A stretch of DNA of 64,000 bases from a virus, in the IMG/VR virus record IMGVR_UViG_3300042197_002762, positions 1 through 64,000 of that record; one strand, written 5' to 3'. Below are positions 41,821 through 52,410 of the stretch, piece by piece. The position numbers and the translations under genes were made by a program. Numbering within the stretch: the first letter of the stretch is position 1; each line of letters starts with the position of its first letter. The notes beneath the pieces were generated by a model that did no database searches, was not told the DNA's origin, and saw nothing but the letters and a program-made list of their open reading frames with translations.

Positions 41821-42083
41821 TTAAAATATATTCAAATCAAGAAAGGCCAGATGTGATTCCAATGGTAGATGGAATTGTAACATCTGAAACCGAATGGTGG
41901 ATGATTTATGACGCAAATACATTACAAGTGCTTGTACCACCACTTCAATGCGCTGGTGGAACTTCTTGTGTATATACAATGGTTATAACCGACACGCGAG
42001 AAGAAATAGATCAGTATATCCAAGATAATGGTTTAATTCTTCCACCCGATCCATACAATTCTTTTACCGATAATATTGAATAA
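41817..42083 (+). CDS. hypothetical protein
   Basis: Start at the ATGA overlap 41817. Confidence 0.65.
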   Translation: MIKIYSNQERPDVIPMVDGIVTSETEWWMIYDANTLQVLVPPLQCAGGTSCVYTMVITDTREEIDQYIQDNGLILPPDPYNSFTDNIE

Positions 42084-42654
42084 CCTTTTCTGGTATATTT
42101 AAATATTCTCGATAAGATTTTAATATTCTGTTTGGGCAAAATTCCTGAACTTTTTTATATTTCCTATTGTCGTCGGGCCATTTGCCGTATTTATACAGGA
42201 AAGCATATTTATATATAATTGCATTTGCACTTTGGGCATACTTTTTATGGTCGAATAGTTTGTTATTTTTTATAATATTTGTGGCGCATTTTTCACAATT
42301 TATTTCTAGTTCCATTAAAGCTTCTAATTCTTTTTTATATTTTTGTGGTTTTGAAATAATTTGAGAATATGTTACATCGTAATCACAGAACTTATTCCAT
42401 AATCGAGAATCATCTCTCCACTGTATAAAATGGCAATATTCATGTATTAAAACACCAAACCATTCATCTTCTGCTAAATTACCCTTGGCAACTTTAATAA
42501 TTGGATCGTCATTTGAATCCATATAAAAAAGTCCAGAACATTTGCTCTTACCACCACAATAATTTCCTTTTAATAATATAATTCTACCATCAAGAGATTC
42601 GATATCTTCTTTGATGATATCGAACACCTTGGAATTGATTAAAGACGACATCAA
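42064..42654 (-). CDS. HExxH zinc metallopeptidase-like protein
   Basis: FGVLIHEYCHFIQW...LEINCE. Confidence 0.75.
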   Translation of the reverse strand: MMSSLINSKVFDIIKEDIESLDGRIILLKGNYCGGKSKCSGLFYMDSNDDPIIKVAKGNLAEDEWFGVLIHEYCHFIQWRDDSRLWNKFCDYDVTYSQIISKPQKYKKELEALMELEINCEKCATNIIKNNKLFDHKKYAQSANAIIYKYAFLYKYGKWPDDNRKYKKVQEFCPNRILKSYREYLNIPEKVIQYYR

Positions 42655-42738
42655 TGGTTATTTACACACATATATTTATAAAATGTTTATAGAAGAGATT
42701 TTAGAATTTTTTTGTGTAAACCTATAAAATACTAGTGT

Positions 42739-43143
42739 ATGAAATATTTTTGCTCCAAATGTGGCAAGACCACTGAATATAATTTTGAACTTCCAAAATT
42801 CTGTGCTTTTTGCGGACAATCTTTTGCAAGCAAGTCATCTTCTCCTAAAGCAGAAGAAAAAGGAAATAAATTTTTAAATGAATTAAAATTAAAGAAAAAT
42901 ATAAACTCTGTAGAAATTGAAGAAGAGGAATCTTATATTTCAGAAAGTAATATTGATTTTAAAAAAGTAAAACCCAGTTTTAAAGTAGATGTTTATCAAT
43001 CCAAAGGTGAATCTTTTGGTAGCTTGATAGATAATCCATCCGCGCCAATAGAATTTCAAAATCAACATAGTCCAGAAACAAAAACCAGGGAAGAAATTTT
43101 AGCCGAATTCCAAAGAGAAGCTGGCTCGTTAAGATCTGAATAA
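42739..43143 (+). CDS. zinc-ribbon protein
   Basis: CSKCG...PKFCAFCG. Confidence 0.75.
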   Translation: MKYFCSKCGKTTEYNFELPKFCAFCGQSFASKSSSPKAEEKGNKFLNELKLKKNINSVEIEEEESYISESNIDFKKVKPSFKVDVYQSKGESFGSLIDNPSAPIEFQNQHSPETKTREEILAEFQREAGSLRSE

Positions 43144-43148
43144 TTTAT

Positions 43149-43859
43149 ATGCCACGAAAGAAAAAAGGCATTCCCAGACCTTCTTTTGAAGATTCTATAG
43201 ATGTTATTAATTCTGAAATTCAAAAACGTAAACATCGTTGGCACCTTACCGCGATAGCTTGGATGGATTTTGAAGATGTGGCGCAAAGACTGCGGATACA
43301 CATTTATAAAAAATGGGATAAATGGGATCCTGCGCGCCCCATGCGCCCTTGGCTAAACCAAGTCATTAATCACCAAATGACGAACATGTTAAGAAACCAT
43401 TATTCTAATTTTTCGCGCCCGTGTTTAAAGTGTCCATTTAATACAGGAGAATATGGTTGTTCTATTTATGGATCACAAAACAATTCTTGCAAAGATTACG
43501 CCAAATGGGAGAAAAGTAAAAAATCCGCATATGATGTAAAATTTCCATTAAGTATACATAGTCCAAATCATGATAATCCCGAAACAACTTTAGAAAATGT
43601 TTTACATGATACTGAGAATTCCATGGATATAGAAAATTTAATGCCTCTTTTTCACGAAGTTATGAAAAAACATTTGAGTATAATTGAATGGAAAGTTTAT
43701 GATTTTATGTTTTTACAGCACCTAGAAGAAGCCGAAGTCGCCAAGAAAATGGGGTATAAACTAAGTTTAAAAGAAGGGCGGCCAGCTTATAGACAGATTA
43801 GTAAAATTAAATCTAAAATTTTACAAAAAGCGCGCGAAGTTGTAAGGGAGGTTTTATAA
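43149..43859 (+). CDS. phage sigma70/ECF-like sigma factor (probable late sigma)
   Basis: Region 2 DFEDVAQ.LRIHIYKKWDKWDPARPMRPWLNQVI; region 4 HTH ...LEEAEVAKKMG. Confidence 0.8.
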   Translation: MPRKKKGIPRPSFEDSIDVINSEIQKRKHRWHLTAIAWMDFEDVAQRLRIHIYKKWDKWDPARPMRPWLNQVINHQMTNMLRNHYSNFSRPCLKCPFNTGEYGCSIYGSQNNSCKDYAKWEKSKKSAYDVKFPLSIHSPNHDNPETTLENVLHDTENSMDIENLMPLFHEVMKKHLSIIEWKVYDFMFLQHLEEAEVAKKMGYKLSLKEGRPAYRQISKIKSKILQKAREVVREVL

Positions 43860-44971
43860 TGGAAGAAATTCTCACATTAGAGCAGCAAAATAGATTAAAG
43901 GAATTTTTGCAAAAAAATCCCGAAGCTACTCTTACAGAAATAACTGCTTACACATATAATAATGAAAATATAGATAGCCGCAGTAAAGAAGGGCGTATTC
44001 TAAAACAATATTTACTAGATAATAATATTGAATATAAAAATCGCTCTGTCTTTCAACGGGACCGTGTTTCGTTAACAAAAGAACATGAAGAATTTATAAA
44101 AAATAATTATAAAAATCAGCATTATCTAGACATGGCAAAAATTTTATTTAAAAATAATAATTTAACCCATCTGAGTCTCGAATCGCGCGAAGTTAACAAA
44201 TACGTTAATAAACTCCAAAAGGCTGATCCTACATATTTGGATATGACAACTTATGTTCCTAAAGAATCAGAGACTTCAGCGCAAAGTCATATTGGAGAAT
44301 ATTTTCCACCGCGCCGTATGGATCAAACTTTATACAGAATTAATAAGTATCTTAATTTAGGATGGGAAGACAAGAAATTAAAAGCAGTTCAGACTAAACA
44401 GGTTGAAATGTTACAAAGGTATTTAAATACTTTTAGTTTTTGTTATCAAATTAATACTTATCGTCGTGAAGATGATCGTAAATTATTTGAAGATGCTTTT
44501 ATTCGTTATACTTATGATAAAGAAGATTTAACACAAGAAGAGTTAGATCAATTTATTACTCTTTGCACAGAGGTTGTTACGGCTTCTACAATTTTACAAC
44601 AAGTTGAGGATTTGCGTCAATTATTACGTCAAGCATCTGAAGAGGATGAGGGGCGGAATATTAAAATGAGTCTTAATGAAGCGATTAGTAGCTTACAGAC
44701 TGAATACAACCAATGTCGTAATAGACAAAATAAATTATATAAATCACTTGTAGATGACCGTTCTAAAAAAATACAGGAACGTAAACAAGAAAATGCTAGT
44801 ATTCTCAATCTAGTTCAAGCATGGAAAGACGAGGAGCGTCGTAAAAGTATTATTCATTTGGCAGAAGCACAAAAACAAAATCTTGAAGAAGAAGCTAAAC
44901 GTTTATCATCTATGGACGAATTAAAAGCTGTTATCCGTGGAATTGATATAGATGAAATGGTTCATAGTTAA
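43859..44971 (+). CDS. helical/coiled-coil protein (possible terminase small subunit)
   Basis: Position upstream of terL; N-terminal HTH-like segments; C-terminal coiled coil. Confidence 0.45.
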   Translation: MEEILTLEQQNRLKEFLQKNPEATLTEITAYTYNNENIDSRSKEGRILKQYLLDNNIEYKNRSVFQRDRVSLTKEHEEFIKNNYKNQHYLDMAKILFKNNNLTHLSLESREVNKYVNKLQKADPTYLDMTTYVPKESETSAQSHIGEYFPPRRMDQTLYRINKYLNLGWEDKKLKAVQTKQVEMLQRYLNTFSFCYQINTYRREDDRKLFEDAFIRYTYDKEDLTQEELDQFITLCTEVVTASTILQQVEDLRQLLRQASEEDEGRNIKMSLNEAISSLQTEYNQCRNRQNKLYKSLVDDRSKKIQERKQENASILNLVQAWKDEERRKSIIHLAEAQKQNLEEEAKRLSSMDELKAVIRGIDIDEMVHS

Positions 44972-44982
44972 TATAATATATT

Positions 44983-45918
44983 ATGAATAAGAACAAAATA
45001 TACTTAAAATGTAAAGTTTGTGGCGAAGAATTTAATTATTTTGCCGAACTACAAAAACATTTAAGAAATTATCATAAGCTTTCTTGTAAAACTTATTTTG
45101 AAACTTATTGGAAACGCATTGATCGTTTTGATGGTAAAAAATTAGAATATAAATCTTTTGATCAATACGTAACGTGTGATTTTGTTGATAAAAAAAACTA
45201 TAAAAATTGGCTAAAGACTCTTTCAAAAGAAGAGTGTGCCGATTATTTTAAAAGTAAATTAGACCAATATTGTGATTTAAAGAGCTTAGAAACTGCCCCT
45301 GGTCAAGTCGAGGCTCAAAGTATTAATTGTTTGTTGCCAGTAAGTACGATGGAAATTTTTTCTGGAACTAATTATAATAATTTATGTAGAAAAGCTGGAT
45401 TATATTCTAGATTTAATTATGAAATTCCAGACGAGATTCCTTGGACCCCAATTCCACAAATTATTGTAGACAGTCGTGAACAAAAGCCATTTAGTTTTGA
45501 AGAACATACTTTGATTGAATCTAAATTGGAGTATGGTGATTATTCCTTACATCCTAATAATAAATTAGCTGTTGAACGTAAAAGCTTAAGCGATTTGTAT
45601 GGAACATTGAGCGGTGGCCGTGAGAGATTTGAGCGCGAAATTCAAAAAGCTAAAAAACTAGGGGGTTATATTGTAGTTGTTGTAGAATCAACGCTTAACA
45701 ATATGATGTACCAAAAACAAAAATTTGGCAAAGCTTCTGGTGAATTTATTGCACATAATATGAGAAAATTATTACGTCAATATGATAATCTTCAATTTGT
45801 TTTTTGTGATGGGCGCGAAGAAGCAAAAGATAAAACATTACATATCCTAGGAATGAATGAAGAAGCATGTAAAATAGATTTACAATATTACTTTGATACA
45901 AAATGGCCCTTATTGTAG
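44983..45918 (+). CDS. ERCC4/XPF-domain nuclease with N-terminal C2H2 finger
   Basis: IIVDSREQ, GDYSL, VERKSLSDL, RFERE; CKVC...HLRNYH. Confidence 0.85.
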   Translation: MNKNKIYLKCKVCGEEFNYFAELQKHLRNYHKLSCKTYFETYWKRIDRFDGKKLEYKSFDQYVTCDFVDKKNYKNWLKTLSKEECADYFKSKLDQYCDLKSLETAPGQVEAQSINCLLPVSTMEIFSGTNYNNLCRKAGLYSRFNYEIPDEIPWTPIPQIIVDSREQKPFSFEEHTLIESKLEYGDYSLHPNNKLAVERKSLSDLYGTLSGGRERFEREIQKAKKLGGYIVVVVESTLNNMMYQKQKFGKASGEFIAHNMRKLLRQYDNLQFVFCDGREEAKDKTLHILGMNEEACKIDLQYYFDTKWPLL

Positions 45919-47807
45919 GAAATCAAAAAAAATCTAAACCATTAGCTAACGTTAATAAAGAGCTACTTAAACTAAAGGGCGATTTAACTGACGAAGAGGC
46001 CAGGGTTAGTCTTGCCAAGTTTCTAAGATATAATCTTGGTTTTACTACAGAGTTGTCAATGGGTTTAACATTAGAAGCTTATCAAGAATTAACACTCAAT
46101 TCTTTTTTTAATAGAAATTATTGCATGCTAGTTTGGGGTCGTGGTGGAGCTAAAAGTTTTTGCGCTGCAATCTATTGTATTCTTAAATGTATGTTAGAGC
46201 CTGGAACTAAAATACTTATTGCGTCTATTAACTTTCGTACTAGCCGCCGTGTTTTTAATGAAATTGAAAAATTTTTAGCATCTCCAGGTGCTGCTTTAGC
46301 TCGACAATGTTTTGGTTTAAAAAGTAAACGAAATGACCAATATGAATGGCAAATTAATGGAGGTAGCATAACTGCGATTCCATTAACTGGAGAAAAAATT
46401 CGTGGTATTCGTGCTAACGTGCTTATTCTAGACGAGTTCCTACTTTTACCTCCAGATATTATTGATAATGTTCTTATTCCATTCTTAAGTTCGCCACGAG
46501 ATGTTGGCGAAAGAATTCGTATTAGAAAATTAGAAGAAGAATTAATAAGAAAAGGATTATTACATCCCGATAATAGACATATATTTGAAAATACATCACA
46601 AATGTTATGTTTAAGTTCTGCAAGTTATACCTTCGAACATTTATTTCGTGTCTATCAACAATGGTCACATTTAATAGAACATCCAGAAGAACAAGAATCT
46701 AAAGAGGGCGAATTGCCTGGAACATACTTTGTTTCGCAATTAAGTTACGAAGCCTTACCTCAACATATGGTGGATCAGGGCGCAATTCAAGTAGCTAAAA
46801 GTGGCGGAAGTTCACATCATTCGTTCTTAAGAGAATACTGTGCGCGTTTTATTGATGGCGGCGATAGTTATTTTTCTCCTAAAAAAATGCATGAATGTAC
46901 AATTCCAGATGGTGAATATCCAACCACTAAAGTTGTAGGAGATGTTGACAAAAAATATATTCTAGCAATTGACCCTAACTTTTCATCTTCTAAAGTTGCC
47001 GACTATTTCGCCATGAGTCTTATTGAACTTGACGAAGAAAAGAAGCAAGGGGTATTAGTTCATGGATACCAAGCTGCTGGATCATCTTTACAAGATCACA
47101 TCAAATATTTTTATTATTTATATAAAAACTTTAATATTGCTTTAATTATTATTGACCATGCTGGCGCGGATACATTTATTGATGCAGTTAATAATTCTCA
47201 ATTTTTTAAAGACATGAATCGTAAAATTGGATTTGTAGATTTTGAATCTGATAAAGAAAACGAGGATTATAGTAAAATGTTAAAAGATTGTGCTAGGCAA
47301 TACAATAAAGATTTTGGAAGTATTTGTATTAAACAATATTTTACAAGTTTCTTCTTGGGTCGTGCAAACTCATATTTACAAACCTGTATTGACCATAAAA
47401 AGATCTGGTTTGCCTCGCGCGCGAGTAATCATCCCGATATTTTAGAGAATATTTTTACAATGAATTTACCGATGGAATATATTTACCCAAGGGGTATCGG
47501 AGACAAAGCTGACAATGAATTTGAAACTAAAAAGCTAACTGTGAGAGAATTTATAGAAGAACAGGATTTTATCGTTCAAGACACTAAAGATCAATGTGCC
47601 AATGTTGAAGTTACCACAACATCTAGAGGTACTCAGAGTTTTGACCTACCATCACATTTGAGAAAATCCACAAGTATAAACAGGGCTAGAAAAGATAACT
47701 ATACTACTCTTATGTTAGGAAATTGGGGCGTTAAAGCTTATTTTGATATAATGGCTCCAGAAAATTTTGCAAAGAAGAATACGGAATTTGTTGCAGAATT
47801 AATCTAA
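45903..47807 (+). CDS. terminase large subunit
   Basis: Walker A GRGGAKSF, IRGIRANVLILDEF, RNase H-like ILAIDP, RKDNYTT. Confidence 0.9.
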   Translation: MALIVGNQKKSKPLANVNKELLKLKGDLTDEEARVSLAKFLRYNLGFTTELSMGLTLEAYQELTLNSFFNRNYCMLVWGRGGAKSFCAAIYCILKCMLEPGTKILIASINFRTSRRVFNEIEKFLASPGAALARQCFGLKSKRNDQYEWQINGGSITAIPLTGEKIRGIRANVLILDEFLLLPPDIIDNVLIPFLSSPRDVGERIRIRKLEEELIRKGLLHPDNRHIFENTSQMLCLSSASYTFEHLFRVYQQWSHLIEHPEEQESKEGELPGTYFVSQLSYEALPQHMVDQGAIQVAKSGGSSHHSFLREYCARFIDGGDSYFSPKKMHECTIPDGEYPTTKVVGDVDKKYILAIDPNFSSSKVADYFAMSLIELDEEKKQGVLVHGYQAAGSSLQDHIKYFYYLYKNFNIALIIIDHAGADTFIDAVNNSQFFKDMNRKIGFVDFESDKENEDYSKMLKDCARQYNKDFGSICIKQYFTSFFLGRANSYLQTCIDHKKIWFASRASNHPDILENIFTMNLPMEYIYPRGIGDKADNEFETKKLTVREFIEEQDFIVQDTKDQCANVEVTTTSRGTQSFDLPSHLRKSTSINRARKDNYTTLMLGNWGVKAYFDIMAPENFAKKNTEFVAELI

Positions 47808-47849
47808 TAAAATATCAGATTTTAGTGTAATAAACTGTTATAATAATTT

Positions 47850-49754
47850 ATGGCACGAAATATTAATAAAAATATTAAATTCCCAGAGCCGCAGGTAATT
47901 GAAGGATCTATTAAGTCAAAAGACACTATAGAAGTCAAAGCTAGTCGCGGAGAAGTGAATACATCAGTAAGAAGAAATAGAGCTTCTACAATTTCAAGAA
48001 CTGATAAGTATGCGAATATTGAAGGTGGGGTTATTCCTTTTATTTATGGTGGTGGTTATGGAAAATATACCTCAAATATAAGTATTAAAGATACTATTAT
48101 TTTGTGTCAAAAAGCTTATTACAATTTTTCTATTTTTAGAAATACTATTGATTTAATGACCGAATTTAGCTGTTCACCTATTTATTTTACTGGTGGGAAT
48201 GAACAGTCTCGTAAATTTTTCCAAGCATGGGGTGATAGAGTAAATTTGTGGAAACTACAAGACATGTTTTTTAGAGAATTTTTCCGTAGTGGTAATGTAT
48301 TTCTTTATAAATTAAATGCACAGTTTACAAAACAAGACATGCGCGTGCTTTCAGATTTAATTACTACAGAAGCCCGTGCTGGTGAAATTCCTGTTCGTTA
48401 TATTATGTTGAATCCTGCTGATATTCAAGCACTTGGATCAGCTTCATTTATTACTCCTCAATATGTTAAAGTCTTAAATGATTTTGAAATGAAAGTTTTA
48501 ACAAATCCTGATAATGAACAGGATAAACAATTAGCTGAAAAAGTTAAAAATTTAAAAGATTTAAAACAAACTGGCGGAATTACTCCAACAAATCAATATA
48601 TGATTTTTGAATTAGAGCCAGAAAGATTTGTACCCGTTTTTTATAAAAAACAAGATTATGAACCATTTAGCGTACCAATGGGCTTCCCAGTTCTCGAAGA
48701 TATTAACTGGAAGCAAGAACTTAAAAACATGGATATGGCAATCAGCCGTACCATACAGCAAGCAGTCCTGTTGGTTACAATGGGAAATGATGAAGTCGGT
48801 ATGCCTACCAAAGAACAAATAGGAACATTAAGAAAAATTTTTGAAAATGAAAGTGTAGGTCGTATTTTAGTAACTGATTATACAACAAACATTAAATTTA
48901 TTATTCCAGAAATTAGTAATATTTTAGATCCTAAAAAATATGAAGTTGTAGATCGTGACATTCGTTATGGTCTTAATAACGTTCTTTTTGGTGAAGAAAA
49001 ATATGCTAATACAAATACTAAGATAGAAGTATTTCTTTCTAGACTTAAACATGCTCGTGAAACATTCATGCATGATTTTCTTTTACCAGAAATGAAAAAA
49101 ATTGGTAAAAATCTCGGGTTTAAAAATTTGCCAGTAGCACGTTTTAAAGATGCTGATTTTAAAAATGATATGAACCTAACGAGAATTTATTCTCGTTTAA
49201 TTGAGCTTGGAGTTCTTACTCCAGAAGAAGGTGTTACAGCAATTGAAACTGGTCGCTTACCATTACCAGAGGAAAGCGTTGAATCTCAAAAAGATTTCAA
49301 AAAATTGCAAGAAGAAGGTTTATATCAACCTTTATTGAATAAAGGTCAACAACAAGCTGCTGGTCGTCCTGCTGGAACTGGAACCCCACAAACAACTAAA
49401 GCACCAAGAACTGCTCCAAGTGTTCAAGCCGCAGAAGAAAAATCAAAAATTAATGCGGATCTTGTAGCAAAAAATCTAGTTAAATTTGATAATTTGGTTG
49501 AAGCTGTTGAAAACACATTAAAAGAAAAATATAGCCGTAAAAGATTATCAAAAGAACAAAAAGATATTATTCAAACAATTGCAGAAACGATTGCCACAAA
49601 TGAAAAACCAAAAGATTGGTTAAATAAAATTAATGATTATATTAATGAACCAGTGCAATTAAATGTAAACATGGAACAAGTTAATAAGATTGCTGAAGAA
49701 TATGGGTTAGACTATAAAACAGCAATTTTACTTTATCATAGTAAAATAGAATAA
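47850..49754 (+). CDS. portal protein
   Basis: Directly after terL; YYNFSIFRNTIDLM, FFRSGNVFLY; size consistent. Confidence 0.75.
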   Translation: MARNINKNIKFPEPQVIEGSIKSKDTIEVKASRGEVNTSVRRNRASTISRTDKYANIEGGVIPFIYGGGYGKYTSNISIKDTIILCQKAYYNFSIFRNTIDLMTEFSCSPIYFTGGNEQSRKFFQAWGDRVNLWKLQDMFFREFFRSGNVFLYKLNAQFTKQDMRVLSDLITTEARAGEIPVRYIMLNPADIQALGSASFITPQYVKVLNDFEMKVLTNPDNEQDKQLAEKVKNLKDLKQTGGITPTNQYMIFELEPERFVPVFYKKQDYEPFSVPMGFPVLEDINWKQELKNMDMAISRTIQQAVLLVTMGNDEVGMPTKEQIGTLRKIFENESVGRILVTDYTTNIKFIIPEISNILDPKKYEVVDRDIRYGLNNVLFGEEKYANTNTKIEVFLSRLKHARETFMHDFLLPEMKKIGKNLGFKNLPVARFKDADFKNDMNLTRIYSRLIELGVLTPEEGVTAIETGRLPLPEESVESQKDFKKLQEEGLYQPLLNKGQQQAAGRPAGTGTPQTTKAPRTAPSVQAAEEKSKINADLVAKNLVKFDNLVEAVENTLKEKYSRKRLSKEQKDIIQTIAETIATNEKPKDWLNKINDYINEPVQLNVNMEQVNKIAEEYGLDYKTAILLYHSKIE

Positions 49755-49755
49755 T

Positions 49756-50796
49756 ATGGCTAAAAGTTTAATCAGAAAAAATCAGTTGCATCCAGATGTC
49801 GGTGACTTAGTAAGTGGTTATGGATCTGGATATTTCGTCACATTTGATGACTTAGATTTTATTTTAGATAATTATCAACCGACTGTTGAGCTTACTGGTC
49901 AAAATGTTGTGTACACAACAGGCGATCAAATAATAAGTGGTCAAAAAACTTTTAATTCAAGACCTATTTTTAATGGGTCTGGTTTAGCAACTACTGGTGA
50001 ATTAGGAGGCTCAACATCTTTTAACGGTAATCGCCAGATTACTGCTAATGTAGTTGGATTTAAAGACTTAATTCCTGGTGGTAATGATGTTGTTACTTTT
50101 TTAAATAATGTTTTTTATCCTTTTATTTCAGGATCCATTACTCTAAATAGTTTCCCAATACAAGAATTAGGAAAGCCTGTAGTATCAATAAATTTTGTTG
50201 GAACAATTACTACTGGAAGTTTAAGATTAAATCAATTTACAAATGTAGAAGGTTTTGTTAATGATGTTGGTCGTTTGCCATTATTAATACCAGTTGTTCA
50301 AAATTTTAGTTGGGGTGTTACTGTTAATTTAAATAATACTTCTAATAATGTTTATATAAAGGCAACTGGAGTAAACCAAGCAGGATCTCCAATTCAAATA
50401 CAAAGTAATATTCAAAGTATTATATTTGAAGCCCCAACTTTTGCTGGTTCTGGAATAGATAATTTACAAAATAATCCAGCTAATATGAAAACTGTTCTTT
50501 CTGGACAAAATTTCCTTGGCGGTAATAATGGGAAAACAGTTATGCAGGAGCCATCTTCTTTTCAAGTTCAAGTTTATACAAATAATAGTTGGTTCTACAT
50601 TGTATATCCAAGCGGATGGGGCGCTTTATCAAGAATTGCAAACCCCCAATTGGGCGACTTTAATATTAATACAGATTTTACTCAAGGTTTTGTTACTTTG
50701 ACTTTAGATAATAATGTGACTACACACCCTTATCGTTATTATAAAAGAACTTTACCGACAACATTAACAAATTACCCTGTAATATATTACTTTTAA
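49756..50796 (+). CDS. virion structural/fibre protein
   Basis: KNQLHPD N-terminus; VVYTTGDQIISGQK repeat; beta-rich C-terminus. Confidence 0.55.
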   Translation: MAKSLIRKNQLHPDVGDLVSGYGSGYFVTFDDLDFILDNYQPTVELTGQNVVYTTGDQIISGQKTFNSRPIFNGSGLATTGELGGSTSFNGNRQITANVVGFKDLIPGGNDVVTFLNNVFYPFISGSITLNSFPIQELGKPVVSINFVGTITTGSLRLNQFTNVEGFVNDVGRLPLLIPVVQNFSWGVTVNLNNTSNNVYIKATGVNQAGSPIQIQSNIQSIIFEAPTFAGSGIDNLQNNPANMKTVLSGQNFLGGNNGKTVMQEPSSFQVQVYTNNSWFYIVYPSGWGALSRIANPQLGDFNINTDFTQGFVTLTLDNNVTTHPYRYYKRTLPTTLTNYPVIYYF

Positions 50797-50799
50797 TTT

Positions 50800-52410
50800 A
50801 TGGCATTCCAATTAGCAACGAATTTAGAAATGGGCGCAAAAGTTCCATTAGATACTAGATCAGTAGTATCTAATATAGGAGAAAGAGATTCTATTACTCA
50901 AGTTTATCCAGGATTGACGGTTTATGTTACTGGTGAGAATAAATATTATTATTATAATACTAATAACTCCTGGGTAGAATTCGGATCTTCTCAAAATTTA
51001 AATAACCTTGTTTATGTAACTGGCGATCAAACAATTAGTGGAAATAAACAATTTTCTGGGGTTGTTATTTCTCCATTTTTAACAACTCGACTCGCAAGCG
51101 TTCCTAAATCTCCGACTTTTACACTTTTGACTGGCGCTGGTGGAACTATCACTGGAACAAGGCATGGTATTCCATTTACTACTTCTTCGCAAGATCAAGA
51201 AGCTTTGTCAAATTTTATAAATTCTCAATCATGGGTTATATCAGGTAGAAATGGTTCTGGACCTTACAATTTATTAACCCCAAATTTAATTAATACGACT
51301 GGTTTCATTGATATCCCGGTTGCTTCTGGAAATAATTTTATATATGCATTTACGACATTTAATGTAGATGATAAATTAAAAAAAATAGAAAAAAGTGGTA
51401 TTTTTGCATTACTAAGTGGAGAAAAAGTTGGCATTGGAACTATAACGCCAACAGAAAAATTACATGTTATCGGCAATTTGAAATTAGATGGAGAATTACA
51501 AGGTTCTAAAGATTTTAATTTCGAAATGCCATTACAAAATTTAGGACCACAAGTAGCTGGAGGGTTAAAATTAATTGGTGGTAATTTTACTGGTTCTCAA
51601 TATTTTGGAGAACATATTTTTATATCAGGCGGTAATGGCAATTCTATTGGGGGTCATATCGTACTTCAAGGGGGCCGTGGAGCCGTATTGTCTGGAGAAG
51701 TTGCTGGGTGGGGTGATTATTTTAGATTTAATGGTATCCCAATTATTGATCAATTTGGTAGAGTAATTGCCCCAGATGTTTTAACAAATAGAAATGACAT
51801 TATTGTAAATCGTAATATTTTTAGGATATTAAATACTGGACGTGGTAATATTTTTGGCGGGGAGATTATTCTTTCTGGTGGTTCTGCCACTGGTGCAGGA
51901 ACTCCAAATATTGGTGGTCCAATTCGATTTATAGGTGGTTCTGGCGTAGCAGGAATTAGTGGATTTTTTGAATTTAAGGGTGAATCAATTACTTTCAATG
52001 AAAATAAATTTTTAGTACAAAAAAATGGAGATATTTCGGGTAGATCTCTTTCGTGTATTGAACGACCAATCGCAAATGGAACCGGAGTTCTTTTAAGTGG
52101 TGAAGCGGTTGCGCCTTTAGTTGATATAAATAATATTACTGGTAATTTTATATTTAATAATTCATTTAATGCAAAATTGTTAACTATTAATGCGGCCCAA
52201 AATATAACTGGAACCGTACCAACAGGATTCCCTACGGGTTATAATGTATCTTTTGTACAAATGGGTAATGGTCAATTATTTATTACTGGTAGTGGCGGGG
52301 CAATAGTAAGACAACGTTTGAATTTATTTAGAACAGCTGGTCAGTATGGAATTGCTTCACTGCTTCATCATAGTGGTAATCAATTCATATTATACGGAGA
52401 TCTTATCTAA
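50800..52410 (+). CDS. fibre/appendage protein (Gly-rich)
   Basis: PLDTRSVV, VGIGTITPTEKLHVIG, GG-rich repeats, C-terminal RTAGQYGIASL module. Confidence 0.6.
   Translation: MAFQLATNLEMGAKVPLDTRSVVSNIGERDSITQVYPGLTVYVTGENKYYYYNTNNSWVEFGSSQNLNNLVYVTGDQTISGNKQFSGVVISPFLTTRLASVPKSPTFTLLTGAGGTITGTRHGIPFTTSSQDQEALSNFINSQSWVISGRNGSGPYNLLTPNLINTTGFIDIPVASGNNFIYAFTTFNVDDKLKKIEKSGIFALLSGEKVGIGTITPTEKLHVIGNLKLDGELQGSKDFNFEMPLQNLGPQVAGGLKLIGGNFTGSQYFGEHIFISGGNGNSIGGHIVLQGGRGAVLSGEVAGWGDYFRFNGIPIIDQFGRVIAPDVLTNRNDIIVNRNIFRILNTGRGNIFGGEIILSGGSATGAGTPNIGGPIRFIGGSGVAGISGFFEFKGESITFNENKFLVQKNGDISGRSLSCIERPIANGTGVLLSGEAVAPLVDINNITGNFIFNNSFNAKLLTINAAQNITGTVPTGFPTGYNVSFVQMGNGQLFITGSGGAIVRQRLNLFRTAGQYGIASLLHHSGNQFILYGDLI

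Noticed and set aside
45903-47807. Intein or intron in terminase (also RuvB, ligase)
   Set aside because: Lengths are ordinary and there are no C/S...HN splice motifs or frame breaks.
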